DNA from: Octopus sinensis
Taxonomy: Eukaryota
Assembly: GCF_006345805.1 (NCBI RefSeq)
Contig: NC_043011.1
Coordinates: 2,666,001 to 2,730,000, forward strand
Direction of reading: 5' to 3'
DNA: 64,000 nt
Within the stretch, counting starts at the first letter, position 1; the number at the start of each line of letters is the position of its first letter. A program made the position numbers and the translations under genes. The notes beneath the pieces are model-generated. The model was not told the origin of the DNA and did no database searches. It saw nothing but the letters and a program-made list of their open reading frames with translations. Below, one piece after another: positions 1-12,222 of the stretch.

Positions 1-205
1 CAACAATGCACTATAATAACAACGATGGGTGATAATAACTGTTGTAATTTAATCATCCATAGTCTGATATGATATTTCAGAATAAAAATTCCTTCTTTGG
101 ATATCCCTAGGAATTGATGGAGTCGCTGCTATAACTGGTTTTCCAACAGCTTTCCCTCTCTCTTTCGGAGAGGCACTGAGCACCTACACACACACATACA
201 CACAC

Positions 206-355
206 GGCAGTAACTTCCGCCTACCGAATTCAATCACAAAGCTTCGGTCGACTCAGGGCTATAGTGGAAGACACCTGCCCAAAGTGTCACGCAGTGGGAC
301 TGAACCCGAAACCATATAGCTAGGAAGCAAGCTCCCTAACCACACAGCCATGCCC
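206..355 (-). mobile_element. SINE family A, 5' half (diverged)
   Basis: Reverse complement of the GGCTGTGTGG...GGGTTCAGTCCCACTGCGTG...GGGCAGGTGTCTT head seen in more than 12 other copies in the window. Confidence 0.8.
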
Positions 356-372
356 TAGGATATTTCAATGTA

Positions 373-681
373 GGGTACTCAGAAGAGAATGTCTAGTTTC
401 TTAACACAAAAGTCGTTTCAGGAAGTTCAGAATTACATAATAATCATAATTAGCAGATGGAATGTGCAAAATGTCTTGGGTATGCAACCCTTCATCAAGA
501 GAAAATTGATTAAGGGAGCTGGAATTATAGCAATATGTTAGTGTGACTATTTACTGGTTGTGTACCCAAGACTTTTTATACATTCCATCTGGAAATTATG
601 AGCATTATGATAATTATGTATTTGCAAGCTTCCTGAAACAGCTGTTAAGTTATGAAATTGTGTATTCTCTTCTTAGTACCC
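373..681. repeat. Diverged fold-back element (arms about 373-489 and 556-681) with a decayed hammerhead remnant
   Basis: GGGTACTCAGAAGAGAAT...TTTCAGGAAG...CAGATGGAATGT...GTCTTGGGTATGCAACC matches the reverse complement of 556-681. Minus strand near 470-498 reads TTGATGA-A-GGGT-tgcat-ACCC-AAGAC. Confidence 0.7.
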
Positions 682-719
682 AGTACCTTTTATGCTCTAT
701 GTAATTATATTTCTCTTTG

Positions 720-813
720 TGTGTGTGTATATATATATATTTATACGCATATATATATATATACATACACATTCACATATATATATGTACACACACACAT
801 ACACACACACACA

Positions 814-862
<49 letters not shown>
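720..862. repeat. Compound (TA)n/(CA)n microsatellite
   Basis: Directly visible; explains the HT/YI/VC-repeat ORFs. Confidence 0.95.
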
Positions 863-1002
863 CAGGCATGGCTGTGTGGTATGAAGCTTGCTTCATGGCC
901 ACATAGTTCTGGGCTCAGTCCCACTGAGTGGCACCTTGAGCAAGTGTTTTCTACTATAGCCTTGAGCAGACCAAAGCCTTGTTTACGGAAACTGAATGAA
1001 CC

Positions 1003-1039
<37 letters not shown>

Positions 1040-1420
1040 ATGGTGTGTGGTGAGGCAAATCGTTGCTAAACCCTTAATTACTTAGTATATATACATGTGT
1101 ATATATCTGTGTGTGTGTATGTCTTTGTGTTTGTGTTTGTACTTCCATCACTGCTTGATAACCAGTATTGGTGTGTTTATGTCCCGGTAATGTAGTGGTT
1201 CATCAAAAGAGTACCTGGGCAATTGTCTTCCACTATAGCCTTGGGCCAACCAAAGCTTCGTGAGTGGATTTAGTTGATAGATGTGGAAAGAAGCCCCAGA
1301 GACTGATAGAATAAGTACTAGGCTTAAAAGATAAGTTCTGAGGTCTATTTGTTTGACTTAAACCCCTCAGGGCAGTGCTCCAGGATGGCCGCGGTCAAAT
1401 GACTGAAACAAGTAAAAGAA
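863..1420 (+). mobile_element. SINE family A, with a small insert in its internal (TA)n
   Basis: tRNA-like head GGCATGGCTGTGTGG, CCTTGAGCAAGTGT core, tail GGTCAAATGACTGAAACAAGTAAAAGA. 1041-1087 is the reverse complement of 11451-11496. Confidence 0.85.
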
Positions 1421-1518
1421 CACTGCTATGTGTTTTCCATACTGAGCATATCTAGTTCTAGCCCATTATTTTTACACACACACACACAGTCATTATATTA
1501 TTATTATTATTATTATTG

Positions 1519-2072
1519 AGTGAGAGAGCAGTTCATGCCATCAAAGTGACACTGGGGTAAAATATACGAAGCCCAATATACCCATCATGACTACCCGTCT
1601 GATAAAGGTACACCAGGCACATGCATCACAACCATATGTGCGCGACATGGTGATCTCATATCAAGATAAACAGCACATGACCTTGCAGGTGGGGCCCAGT
1701 TAGAATTTTCTTCAGGTTGAGTAGCCCATCCTGCTCAAAAGGTCCCTGAATAAGTGTTGCTTTAGGATGTTGAACGAAACACCTATGTTTCCAGAGGTGA
1801 ACCATTCAAACCCCAAAGAATCCCTCTCAACACATGGCCATGATGCTCCCCCACTACTTCTGCTCGTGATCAGAGATGCACATATCGTCAGCCACTAAGG
1901 GACATGCTCAACTGGTTAAGGTCAAACAACTGACAAGCAAATCTGTGGTATTGAACAGAATATTTGCTGTAGCCCATCTTTTATACCAAGACAAAACAAT
2001 GTACATGATAACACTTCCAATCAGTTAACATCAGAAGCCATGAGAGCCACTGCCTGGTACTGCATCAGGGCA
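1519..2072. mobile_element. Unclassified interspersed element between two (TTA)n tracts
   Basis: About 550 bp of higher-GC sequence with sharp boundaries, flanked on both sides by (TTA)n; no ORF; single copy in the window. Confidence 0.45.
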
Positions 2073-3259
2073 TTTATTATTATTATTATTATTATTATCA
2101 TTATTATTATTTTCAATTTACGAGAAATTTAACCCTGTTGTTAATCTACAGGTGTTTTGTTCGCTTGAAGGAAGAACTGAACTGATTCATTCCATCTTTA
2201 AAATTCACCAATGATTGCTTGCTTCTACCAAACCTAAGAAGTGAAGAAATGCTTATTGAAACAAAACTAGTTTAACCATTGCTCTTTAATGAGACTAAAT
2301 ATATTGTTATCAAAACCTACACATGTGCTTCTGTATACACACTTATTCATAAACTACATTATAATGGTACCCAAGTTTATTTCAGGAATGTCATTTCTAA
2401 TTTCAAATGCGTTTTCTTTTTCTATATTTTTCACTGCATTGAGATAAATGGGAAATTTTTATTAATTCATTTTCCAATATGGTAATATATATAATGGAAA
2501 CATATCTTAGAATTACAATAAAGACAACAGTTTATTGCAGGTTTCATGCTTGTATCAAGAAATCTCATGTATTTTCAAGTTACTGAAACCAAGAAAATAT
2601 TGGTAAACCAATCGTCCATATAATTCCAGTATGGATGTATGTAATGCGAGATTATTATAAAATAGAGTACCCAGACATTGATTAAATTTAGTGGATGTTA
2701 TATATATGTAGATTAGATAGTTGAATTTAAATCCGGTTAGCCATGTGACTTGTTTCAAAACTTTCTAATCTTCAAAAAAGAAACTTTTCAGATTTTTCAA
2801 TAAGGTATATTATAATCTTGTTATCTTTTAAATCAGTTCCAATAGATACTAAGAATTGTTTCAGCTCTGTTAATGGATATTATTTGGAAAGATTGTTATG
2901 GTTCAACCAGTCAAAATGGTTGAGTCAGTTAGTTACTTGCTTAGCAATAAATGGAAAGTATAGCAGTTAATGTTTGATATTTAGCATTGCACCATGTCTA
3001 CAGGGAGAAAACTAAACCAGTGGCATGACTAGTCCATATAACTATAAAGATTATCCACTTTTGCCATTGAATGAAAATATTTGATATTGGGGTGAGGGTG
3101 AATGTGGAAATAATAAGGACAGTTTGAGGGTAAATTCCTGCTGCTGGTGACATTAGTTGAGAGGAAATAGTTCCTCTAGCTTTAGCTCATCGCTTTTATT
3201 CAAAGTATAATGTGAATGAAATTTAAGGTTTTCTTATGACCATTTTTATCAATGGTGTA

Positions 3260-3400
3260 GACATGGCTGTGTGGTAAGGAATTTGTTTTCAAAACAGTTT
3301 CGGGTTTGGTTTCACTGCATGGCACCTTGAGCAAATATTTTCTGTTATAGGTCTGAGCCAACCAAAACTTAGTAAGTGGATTTAGTAGATAGAAATTGAA
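3260..3400 (+). mobile_element. SINE family A, 5' part
   Basis: CATGGCTGTGTGGTAAG...GGCACCTTGAGCAAAT...GTGGATTTAGTAGA. Confidence 0.75.
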
Positions 3401-3402
3401 AA

Positions 3403-3633
3403 GGCAGCAAGCTGGCAGAATTGTTAGCATGCCAGGCGAAATGCTTAGCTGTATTTCGTCTGCCGATACGGTCTGAGTTCAAATTCCGCCGAGGTCGACT
3501 TAGACTTACATCCTTTCGGGGTCACTTAAATAAGAATCAGTTATGTACTAGGGTCGATGTAATCGACTTAATCCCTTTGTCTGTCCTTGTTTGTCCCCTC
3601 TATGTTTAGCCCCTTGTGAGCAGTAAAGAAATA
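3403..3633 (+). mobile_element. SINE family B (tRNA-derived; LINE-matching tail variant)
   Basis: A-box-like AGCTGGCAGAATTG, B box GAGTTCAAATTCC, core CATCCTTTCGGGGTC, tail TTTGTCCCCTCTATGTTTAGCCCCTTGTG; closely similar to the copies at 9436 and 41991. Confidence 0.85.
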
Positions 3634-3654
3634 AGAAATTGAAAAACAGCATAT

Positions 3655-3687
<33 letters not shown>

Positions 3688-4237
3688 ATGGAGGCATGTG
3701 CATGTATTTGTGTCTCCTTGACTTGACCTCATTTGACAGTTGTAAATGAATATCACCATCATACAAGCAGTGTTCTTCATTTCCAATCTTCTGTGAAGAA
3801 ACATGTCCAGCCATCAGAAAATATTTCCTTGCCTGGATACAGGTAAAGAAAATCTAGTCAGATAAAATCCACAAGGATGACAACGAAAGCTAATTTTATA
3901 AGAGGAAAGTGTGTGCAGTCCAGTGAACCATTGACTTGATATTACTTACCGATGCTGTTTCTATTGGCACCTGAAACTCTAAGGCATTTGTATAGTCTGA
4001 CACTTAATCCATCATGGCATAATTTTACTATCTTTTATTTCTTATTTGTTTCAGTCATTAGACTATGGCCATGCTGGGGCACCATCTTGAATTTTTAGTT
4101 GAATGAGTTAACTCCAGTGGGTTTTTTTAAAGCCTAGTACTTCTTCTATCAGTCACTTTTGCTGAACTACTAAATTATGGGGATGTAACCACACCAAGTG
4201 GTAGTGGGAGACAAACACAGACACAAACATACACACT

Positions 4238-4304
<67 letters not shown>

Positions 4305-4305
<1 letters not shown>

Positions 4306-4503
4306 GTTAATCCAAACATGAAAACACAAAGAGAAAACACAACAATGCGAGGATGTGGAACAAGTATAGTATTATTGGACGCTCAGGAAAGAAGGAGAGT
4401 TTTACGTTTCGAGCAGAGCTCTTCGTCAGAAACATAAGAAAAGGAAAGATCCAAAGAAGGGAAGACGGAGGAGAAAAAATCGCCAACGGTACACACATGG
4501 TTA
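4305..4503 (-). mobile_element. About 200-bp non-autonomous PLE-type/retrozyme-like insertion in (TA)n
   Basis: Bounded by TA runs, contains a hammerhead, and is homologous along its length to 11651-11870. Confidence 0.7.
4399..4433 (-). ncRNA. Minimal type I hammerhead ribozyme (intact-looking)
   Basis: Minus strand: GTTT CTGACGA A GAGC-tct-GCTC GAA ACGT A AAAC. Helix I GTTT/AAAC, helix II 4 bp, palindromic helix III ACGT, GUA cleavage site. Confidence 0.8.
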
Positions 4504-5391
4504 CATATATATACGATGGGCTTCTTTCTATTTCCTTCAGCCAAATCCACTGATAACGCTTTGGTTGGCCAAAAGCTATAGTAAAAGATGCTTACTCAAG
4601 TTTCCATGCAGTGGATCTTAAATCAGATCCTGTGGTTAGGAAGCAAACTTTTTACCACACAGTCACACCAGCACTTACCTTTATATTTGGAGAATCATTT
4701 TTTTTCAGGTAAATCATGAGAGTAGTTTATTATGTTGCATCTATTCATTTGTGCTGAAAAGTTTTGAAGACAGTTTAGCAGCCTTTAGCATTCTTTCTAT
4801 TAACCTCTTGGAGACGAAATGGAAAATCTTTTCAAAGTTAATGTAACTTACAATATCGAAGCTGTTGCATTGAAAGTGGTTGTTGTTGAGGTTGGCTGTG
4901 TGATCAAACAAAGCAAGGTTTGCAATATTCCAACCATGGCCATCACATATTTTTCCAGACGTTATATCTTTAGGTCTACAGTAACCAATGTTTTATTCCA
5001 ATTCAAGTCATAAAAAAAAGATTTGGCTACTATTTCTAGTTGGTCAAACAAGCTTTCGTAGTTGCTCTTTGCAGCTTAATGCCAATCTAACTATCAACCA
5101 TACATCTTTGCCATGAAATGGCCACTGGTGTCTATTTAAACCTGTCCTTACCTTACTATTGTGAGATCTGTATTTTGAACCTGGTAGTTAGTATCTTAGC
5201 TCTTAATATCACAAGTATGATATAATTTAAGAATAATGTTTTACGAAGATTCCATAAAGGCAATTTTTGTGGTTACTAAATTTGCTTAGTACATTGTACG
5301 TATTTGTAAGAAATGCTAAAGCAAAAATGATATGATAATGTCAATGATGATGATAACAAAAATAATGGTAATAATAATACTGATGATAATA

Positions 5392-5433
<42 letters not shown>

Positions 5434-5538
5434 TAATAAAAACTACAATATATCTGTTCTAAGTGTGTTTTAGTCCACTACTATTACATTTCTGTGGAAC
5501 AGATTGTGGTAGATATTGAAGACAATGCAATAAAGTAA

Positions 5539-5690
5539 TTATTCTGAAATTGTATTCTGTCCTGTAGGAATATACAACTTGAATTCTTTTATTGATTCAC
5601 TGTGGAATCTACTCGACACTGCTTTTGATGTTACCAATGTATTTTCCCCTATCTTAACTTGATAAATAACTTGAATAACCAGACAAATTT
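5539..5690 (-). CDS. Possible terminal coding exon (ICLVIQVIYQVKIGENTLVTSKAVSSRFHSESIKEFKLYIPTGQNTISE*), product unknown
   Basis: Acceptor-like TTATTCCTTTAATTCAG followed by 49 open non-repetitive codons. No recognised homology; could be chance. Confidence 0.2.
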
Positions 5691-7206
5691 CTGAATTAAA
5701 GGAATAATATGCAAGTGCATATATATTGTGAGTGTATATATATATATATATGTGTGTATGTATGCATGTATGTATATATATGTGTGTGCGGATATACACA
5801 CATGCATGTATGTACATAAAAAGATAGGTACACAGATAGATTAATGGATACATATGTATATATATATGCATGCATATATACACATATGTGTAAATATATG
5901 TGTGTATGTATATAAATCCAAAATTCTCTGTATATGTGTACATAATTGTATACATACAAGAAGCATATTTCTCATTTACTAAGCATTTGTATCTGTTCTT
6001 TATTTTGTGAGAGGGGGGAGAGGGGGAGTGAAAGGGAGTAAGGGGAAGAGAGAGGGAGGGAATAAATAGTTCTGTATTTTGGCTTAATTTAGCTTGATTT
6101 AGTTTTATTTCATTTATCTCCCTATTCCCCTCACTACTAAAAAAAAATTCCAAATCCTATTTACTGTGGAAAGCTAACAAGATTTCATGTTGGCACTAGT
6201 CTACGGTAACACATACTGTCACAGATACGAATAGAAATAACATTATCTACACATTTTATCTAAGATAAGGTTGTTCTTGCTGTTGCTGTTGGAACTTCTG
6301 CAGTTGTTTTGTTTGTTTTGTAGATTGTTTTTTCAAAAGAATCTAAAGTTTTTATTCAGTAAATGATTTTATGCATATAAGTATATTATCAAATTAGACA
6401 AATACTTGAAAATTTGTCTTTTATAACTTGAAAGAATAATTACAGTCCCATTATTTCTAGAAGTAGCATACTGTCGACTGAATGGGTATGATTTATGTTA
6501 TTGATAAATCATCATCGTTATTTCTGTTTTCTTATTTGTTATTTCCTAGATGGCCTGCATTGGATGAGGTTTCTTGAAGCTGTATTGTGGCCAGATGTCT
6601 TTTCCAATATCAAACCTTATTTGATTGTAATTAAGGAACTGTATTCCATTGGTCTTTGCATGGCACTTCACCAAGTTAAGGAATTCACTGTTTATGAGAG
6701 ATAAACCAACATTACCACTGTCTGAGTGCTGGCAATGCAATAATAATGGAGAGAGTGCAATATATCATTCTCCACCTGATAAGATTCAGCCCTGCATGTC
6801 GCTGTATGCTCTATGGGTCTTCAGCAAGATGCAGACACTATATAATTAGAAAGAGGTATTTGTTGGTCATGCCATGTCATTTAGCCAACTACCTACATGT
6901 CATAGGATGGCTTAATCACTGATGATCAGGTGTTACACTACAACAACAGACATAAGTCATTAAGAATGTCTCTTTGTGTTCTTTCAGGCCACTAGAAATA
7001 GCCATCAAACTTAACTCAAATAAAACTGCACATTACATAATGTAGTCTTACATATACCTAAAAAGAAGTTGAAACTGTCATGGCTGGAATATCTTTGATC
7101 ATACACTGGCTCAGTTTAGATTGACCTGGAATTAAACAACAAATAACACTCCAGTCACATACATGTGTCTTCAGATCCCCAGCCAATATATATATATATA
7201 TATATA

Positions 7207-8094
7207 CAGGGTGTGGTGAATAAGCTGTCGTCTAAATTATGCAAAAATGAAAATAACACTGATATCTCATATTAACAGGTATATTTACCAAAATTACATA
7301 AAAATATCATGAAATACTAAAGAGTAGATTTATTCAATAAAATTGCCATTGGCTTCAACCACGGCCTACAGACGACTTCGGAATCCCCTGCAACTCTTCT
7401 GGACAGTCTCTTGTCTAATTTGGTGTATGCTGCCATAATCCTTGCCTTCAGTTCATCTTTGGTGTTACGAGGAATTTTATTGGTCCCTTGCTCAACTGTG
7501 CCTCACATATGATAATCAAGGGGGTTGCAGTCTGGGTAATTATGTGGCCAGATGTTAGGGGGGGATGTGGTCACAGAAATTGTCTGACAGCCATGACTGA
7601 GTTCTGCTGCTTGTGTGGCATGGTGTAAAGTCCTGTTGCCAGACATAGGGTCTTCCAGTGGTCACCCTCTTGACACAGGGCAGCACTACCTTCTCCAGGC
7701 ACTTGATATAGGCCTCCGTGTGAGTTTGAGGCCATGTGGGAAGAAGAATGGAGCCTTAACGTCACCTTCACTAGTGATCATTCCAAACACCATGATGCTG
7801 ACTGGATGTTTGATTTTTATCACTCTTGGTACATGTCCTCAAATTGCACTGTCCTTAGATTGACACACAAATACTCTGAAATGGTCATACTGGAGCTTCC
7901 AGTGTGAATGCCAAATAGTAGAGAATGTCATTTCCAAATTTCTGGCAGAGTGAATCATGTCATGATGCTGGTTTTCTCACAGATGGTGCCCAACTGACCC
8001 TACTATACTGTTTAGTCAACAAAGTAAAAAAAAAACAATAGGCATGTGCAAAATTAAAAATATAAAATGGTGACAATTTACCCATTACACCCTG
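7207..8094 (-). mobile_element. Internally deleted Tc1/mariner (maT/DD37D-like) transposon
   Basis: Imperfect TIRs CAGGGTGTGGTGAATAAGCTGTC / rc CAGGGTGTAATGGGTAAATTGTC in TA sites. Minus-strand remnant IWPHNYPDCNPLDY...TKDELKARIMAA...AVVEANGNFIE. Confidence 0.85.
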
Positions 8095-8419
8095 TATATA
8101 TATATATTCATCCAAACACTCATAATAAATTCCTTTGGAATTCTTTCCCTATTTACATCCACATTTAAAATGGGCAAGAGGCAGTTAAGGAAGGTGCTCA
8201 ACTTAGAAATGTTTGTAAATTAGTTATGTTAGTTAATGAAAATGTGTTATCCTGTCATTCTTTATATGACAAAATCTAAAAGAATGTAGATTAAATTGAA
8301 AATATATTAACAGAAATCTATTTAAAGCTTAACATTGGGACTTGAAGGTTGTGAACTTTCATCTCAATGGGGCCAATGAAATAATTTTAGCAGTATGTAG
8401 CAACTATCCACACACACAT

Positions 8420-8563
8420 ATGTGTGTGTGTGTGTGTGTGTGTGCATACTTTCATACATATACACATACATACATACAGGCATACATACATACACATGCA
8501 TACATACATACATACATACATACATACATACATACATACATACATACATACATACATACATAC
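8420..8563. repeat. (TG)n + (TACA)n microsatellite
   Basis: Directly visible; followed by a SINE-A 3' tail fragment at about 8566-8655. Confidence 0.95.
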
Positions 8564-8914
8564 AAGTGTTAGGGCTGATTTACTCAATTAAATCCTTTAA
8601 GGTGGTGCCCCAGCATGGCCACAGACTAGTGATTGAAACAAGTAAAAGATGAAAGGTATACATACATACTGACAGACAACTTATTTTTTTAGATGGTCAT
8701 GTGTTAACTGTAATGATCCACAAGTCAATCTTGTTCTCACAATCTATGGGTCTCTGTGTTTTTTATTCAAGTGTTAATAAACCCAGTACACAGTATTATA
8801 AGATCAATTCAATCCTTTAGACCTTATTTTCTATTGAAAATTAAAAGAAATTTACAGTCTGCCTTATAAAATAAAGATCAGCAATTCATTAGGTGTTCTA
8901 GCTTAGCCATTATC

Positions 8915-9040
8915 CAGGTTTAACTTTGCCTTTCATCCTTTCGGAGACAATAAAATAAGTACCAGTTAAGTACTGGGGTCAATTCAGTCAACTTATCCCC
9001 TCCCCTGAAATTACTGGCCTTGTGCCAAAGTGCAAAACCT
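8915..9040 (+). mobile_element. SINE family B core with the alternative tail (partial)
   Basis: ACTTTGCCTTTCATCCTTTCGG...AAGTACCAGTT then CCCCTCCCCTGAAATTACTGGCCTTGTGCC. Confidence 0.7.
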
Positions 9041-9435
9041 CTATTTGTAATTGAAATATGCTTCTCCTTCCTATCTCATACACACTTCTTGAATTTTATT
9101 TCCATATGGCAAAGATTTAGTTTCCATCAGATGCAATTAAAATTTACACTAAGTGAATTCAGACACACTGGGAGCACTGTATTGTTTTGTTAAGCATGAC
9201 AAAATCTAAAACATTTTATCTGAAGATTTTTAGCACATCTCTATGAAAAATATATAATTTTCTTAAATTAGTTTTATTTTGGTTTTTATCTATCCTGTTA
9301 TTTACTATTAAACCTTACATTAAATCCCTCTCTCTGTCTTCTTCTTTATTCCCAACATTTTTCTCTCCCTCTCAGTGCACATTCACACACATCCATGTAC
9401 AATTCTGCTGTAATATATATCAAACTATATATTAC

Positions 9436-9665
9436 AGGCGGTGAGCTGGTAGAAACGTTAGCACACCGGGCGAAATGCATAGCCGTATTTCGTCTGTCGT
9501 TACTTTCTGAGTTCAAATTCCGCCGAGGTCGACTTTGCCTTTCATCCTTTCGGGGTCGATAAATTAAGTACCAGTTACGCACTGTGGTCGCTGTAATTGA
9601 CTTAATCATTTGTCTGTCCTTGTTTGTCCCCTCTATGTTTAGCCCCTTGTGGGTAATAAAGAAAT
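9436..9665 (+). mobile_element. SINE family B, full-length (LINE-matching tail)
   Basis: GGCGGTGAGCTGGTAGAAACG...GAGTTCAAATTCCGCC...TTTGTCCCCTCTATGTTTAGCCCCTTGTGGGTAATAAAGAAAT. Confidence 0.9.
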
Positions 9666-9946
9666 ATATATATCAAACTATTTTCTATAGCTGATACATG
9701 GTTGACACCTATAAGCTTAAAACTTGTAATTATTATTTACAGAATATATATGTGTGTGTGTTTGTGTTTGTGTGCGTGTATGCGTGTGTGTGTATGATTG
9801 TGTGTGCATGTGTGCGTAACTATTGAACAATGAAAATGGGTGCTCAACACTGCGCTGGTGGATAAAGATTCTTTATTTACGTTTTAATCCAAAATGGAGG
9901 TGAAGCATCAATTTTTGAATGTGATAGGTTTTAATAATTGTTGAAA

Positions 9947-10068
9947 AAGAAGAGGAGGAGGAAGAAGAAGAAGAAGAAGAAGAAGAAGAAGAAGACACAC
10001 CACCATCACCACCACCACCACCACCACTATCATCATTATCATTATTATAATTCTTCTTATTATTATTA
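9947..10068. repeat. Compound trinucleotide microsatellite (GAG/GAA/CAC/CAT/TAT)
   Basis: Directly visible; source of the poly-S/poly-G ORF. Confidence 0.9.
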
Positions 10069-10982
10069 GATCTGGACAAATTAACATATAAGCACTTCTG
10101 TGTAATTTTTGCTAAACAGATTACGCTGAAAGCACCTTGTAATTCAACTGTTCGGAGAAGCAGAGAATTGGTACATTTGACATGGTGTAATTTATAGTAA
10201 GGAAGCATAAAACAAAAGGATATTTCAGAGCATCACCACACAAGTTTCAGTAGTGTGTCTGTTCTAAATATTAGTACAACTGTGTAACTTAACCACCATT
10301 TTGGTTATGTTACAATATGAATTTACATAATGTTACCTGTTAAGTTATGCAATTGTGCTTGCATATGGAATGAACATGCTATTGAGCATATTTAGTGAGT
10401 CTCTAAAATATCCATTTGTTTCAGTCTTGTTTTATACACACACACACACATATTCTTTCTATTCCTTCCTCTCTTTCTTTCTTTCTTTCTTTCTCTTCAC
10501 TTTAGTCCTCTCTCCAAATCACTTCTCTTCCTTTTCCCACTTTCTAGTGATTCTTTCTGCCTCTCTTTCCCACCCTCCCCACCCCTCATGTCTGTATCGT
10601 TCCTTCAGTGTTCTGCTTTTTTATAACCAGAAATGACTGACAAAAGTAGAATTAATTTTTTGATCGTTCAATTTTTTCTCAACTTATTAATGGACCAGTT
10701 GAGTAAACCTGTCAATAACAAAACTATAATGACCACTGGAAACAACTGTAAGTCAAATTTACTGCAATAAAAAAAAATGTGTAATGACCATTATTTATGC
10801 CAATATATAAAAGCCAGTATAATGGGAACATGACCATGGATATACAATATAGAATGGTAATGAACCATAACCTTGAACCCTGCCATAAGAATATGCAGAG
10901 TTCTTTGCAAATCTCCACAATATTGTGAGCCTGGTGGATTAACAAAGAGCTTATAAAATATTTTACCCAGATTGATAATCCC

Positions 10983-11029
<47 letters not shown>

Positions 11030-11060
11030 GTATATATATATATATATAATATATATATAT

Positions 11061-11207
11061 TGGTAAGTAGCTTGCTAACCAACCAGATGGTTCCGGATTC
11101 AGTCCCACTGCATGGCATCTTGGGCAAGTGTCTTCTACTATAGCCTCGGGCCGACCAAAGCCTTGTGAGTGGATTTGGTAGACGGAAACTGAAAGAAGCC
11201 TGTCGTA

Positions 11208-11260
<53 letters not shown>

Positions 11261-11428
11261 TTGTGTGTCTGTGTTTGTCCCCCTAGCATTGCTTGACAAC
11301 CGATGCTGATGTGTTTACGTCCCCGTCACTTAGCAGTTTGGCAAAAGTGACCGATAGAATAAGTACTGGGCTTACAAAGAATAAGTCCTGGGGTCGATTT
11401 GCTCGACTAAATGACTGAAACAAGTAAA
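11061..11428 (+). mobile_element. SINE family A (slightly 5'-truncated)
   Basis: TGGTAAGTAGCTTGC...GGGCAAGTGTCTTC...internal TA/TG tract...ATGACTGAAACAAGTAAAA. Confidence 0.9.
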
Positions 11429-11450
11429 AAAAAAAAAAAAAATATATATA

Positions 11451-11609
11451 TACTAAGTAATTAAGGGTTTAGCAACTAATTGCCTCACCACACACCGTAT
11501 TTAAGTATTACTTAAACTTTCCTCGAATGAGGCTTTTACATGCCGAAATCTACTTGGTGTAATTAATGATTATTCCAAATTAATTAATTTCACCCTATAT
11601 TGTTGCTGA

Positions 11610-11612
<3 letters not shown>
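11451..11612 (+). mobile_element. Short insertion between TA runs with a hammerhead-like remnant
   Basis: A second partial copy lies at 1041-1087 (reverse complement). CGAATGA-GGC-ttttacat-GCC-GAAA at about 11524-11548. Confidence 0.45.
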
Positions 11613-11648
<36 letters not shown>

Positions 11649-11654
<6 letters not shown>

Positions 11655-12042
11655 AATTCAAATAAACAAGCAATTAAAAAAAAACAGACAAAAAAGAAAA
11701 AAAAAACCGAATGTGTGGACATACACAAGAAATATATTAATTTGATGCTTGGTGAAGGGAAAGAGTCGTTAATATTTTGAGCATAGCTCTTCATTTGAAA
11801 CAGTTAATTCCAAAGAGAAAAAAGGAAAAAATATGGAAAAATTGCCAACAATCCACATGTGGTTATATTTCTGAAGTGACGTTACTTCAGAAATGTAACC
11901 ACACGTGGATGATGAGCTATGCTCAAAATATTAACAACTCTCTTCCTTCACTGAGCATCAAATTAGTATATTTTTGTGCACTTCCTCACGTTCGTTTTTT
12001 TCTTCTCCATTTTTTAATTGATTGTTTATCTGAATTGACTAT
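11649..12042. repeat. Fold-back duplication of the 4305-4503 hammerhead element
   Basis: Arms about 11649-11793 and 11911-12042; central spacer-less palindrome 11851-11910 (27/30 matches). Each arm has decayed GAGC-tat-GCTC-AAAATAT. Confidence 0.8.
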
Positions 12043-12172
12043 TTACTGCATGCTCACATGGACTGGCCCTGGCCTTCCGACTGTTTTGGAGTACCTAATT
12101 ATTGGATTTCTCTCTACCATTGGTTTACGTCACCTTTTTATTTATTTGGAGTATGCCATTTCTGCACCTTTG

Positions 12173-12219
<47 letters not shown>

Positions 12220-12222
<3 letters not shown>

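Larger units (their letters stand above)
4030..4670 (-). mobile_element. SINE family A, interrupted by a hammerhead-bearing insert
   Basis: Tail TTGTTTCAGTCATT at about 4045 and head ending CCACACAG at about 4660; internal (TA)n split by 4305-4503. Confidence 0.8.

Noticed and set aside
652-1069. ORFs rich in HT/YI/VC dipeptides (also 8342-8652, 25973-26684, 33124-33399, 49004-49465, 63313-63609)
   Set aside because: Translations of dinucleotide or tetranucleotide microsatellites, not genes
9873-10208. 111-aa ORF with poly-G/poly-S
   Set aside because: Mostly trinucleotide repeats; no convincing splice pair or homology
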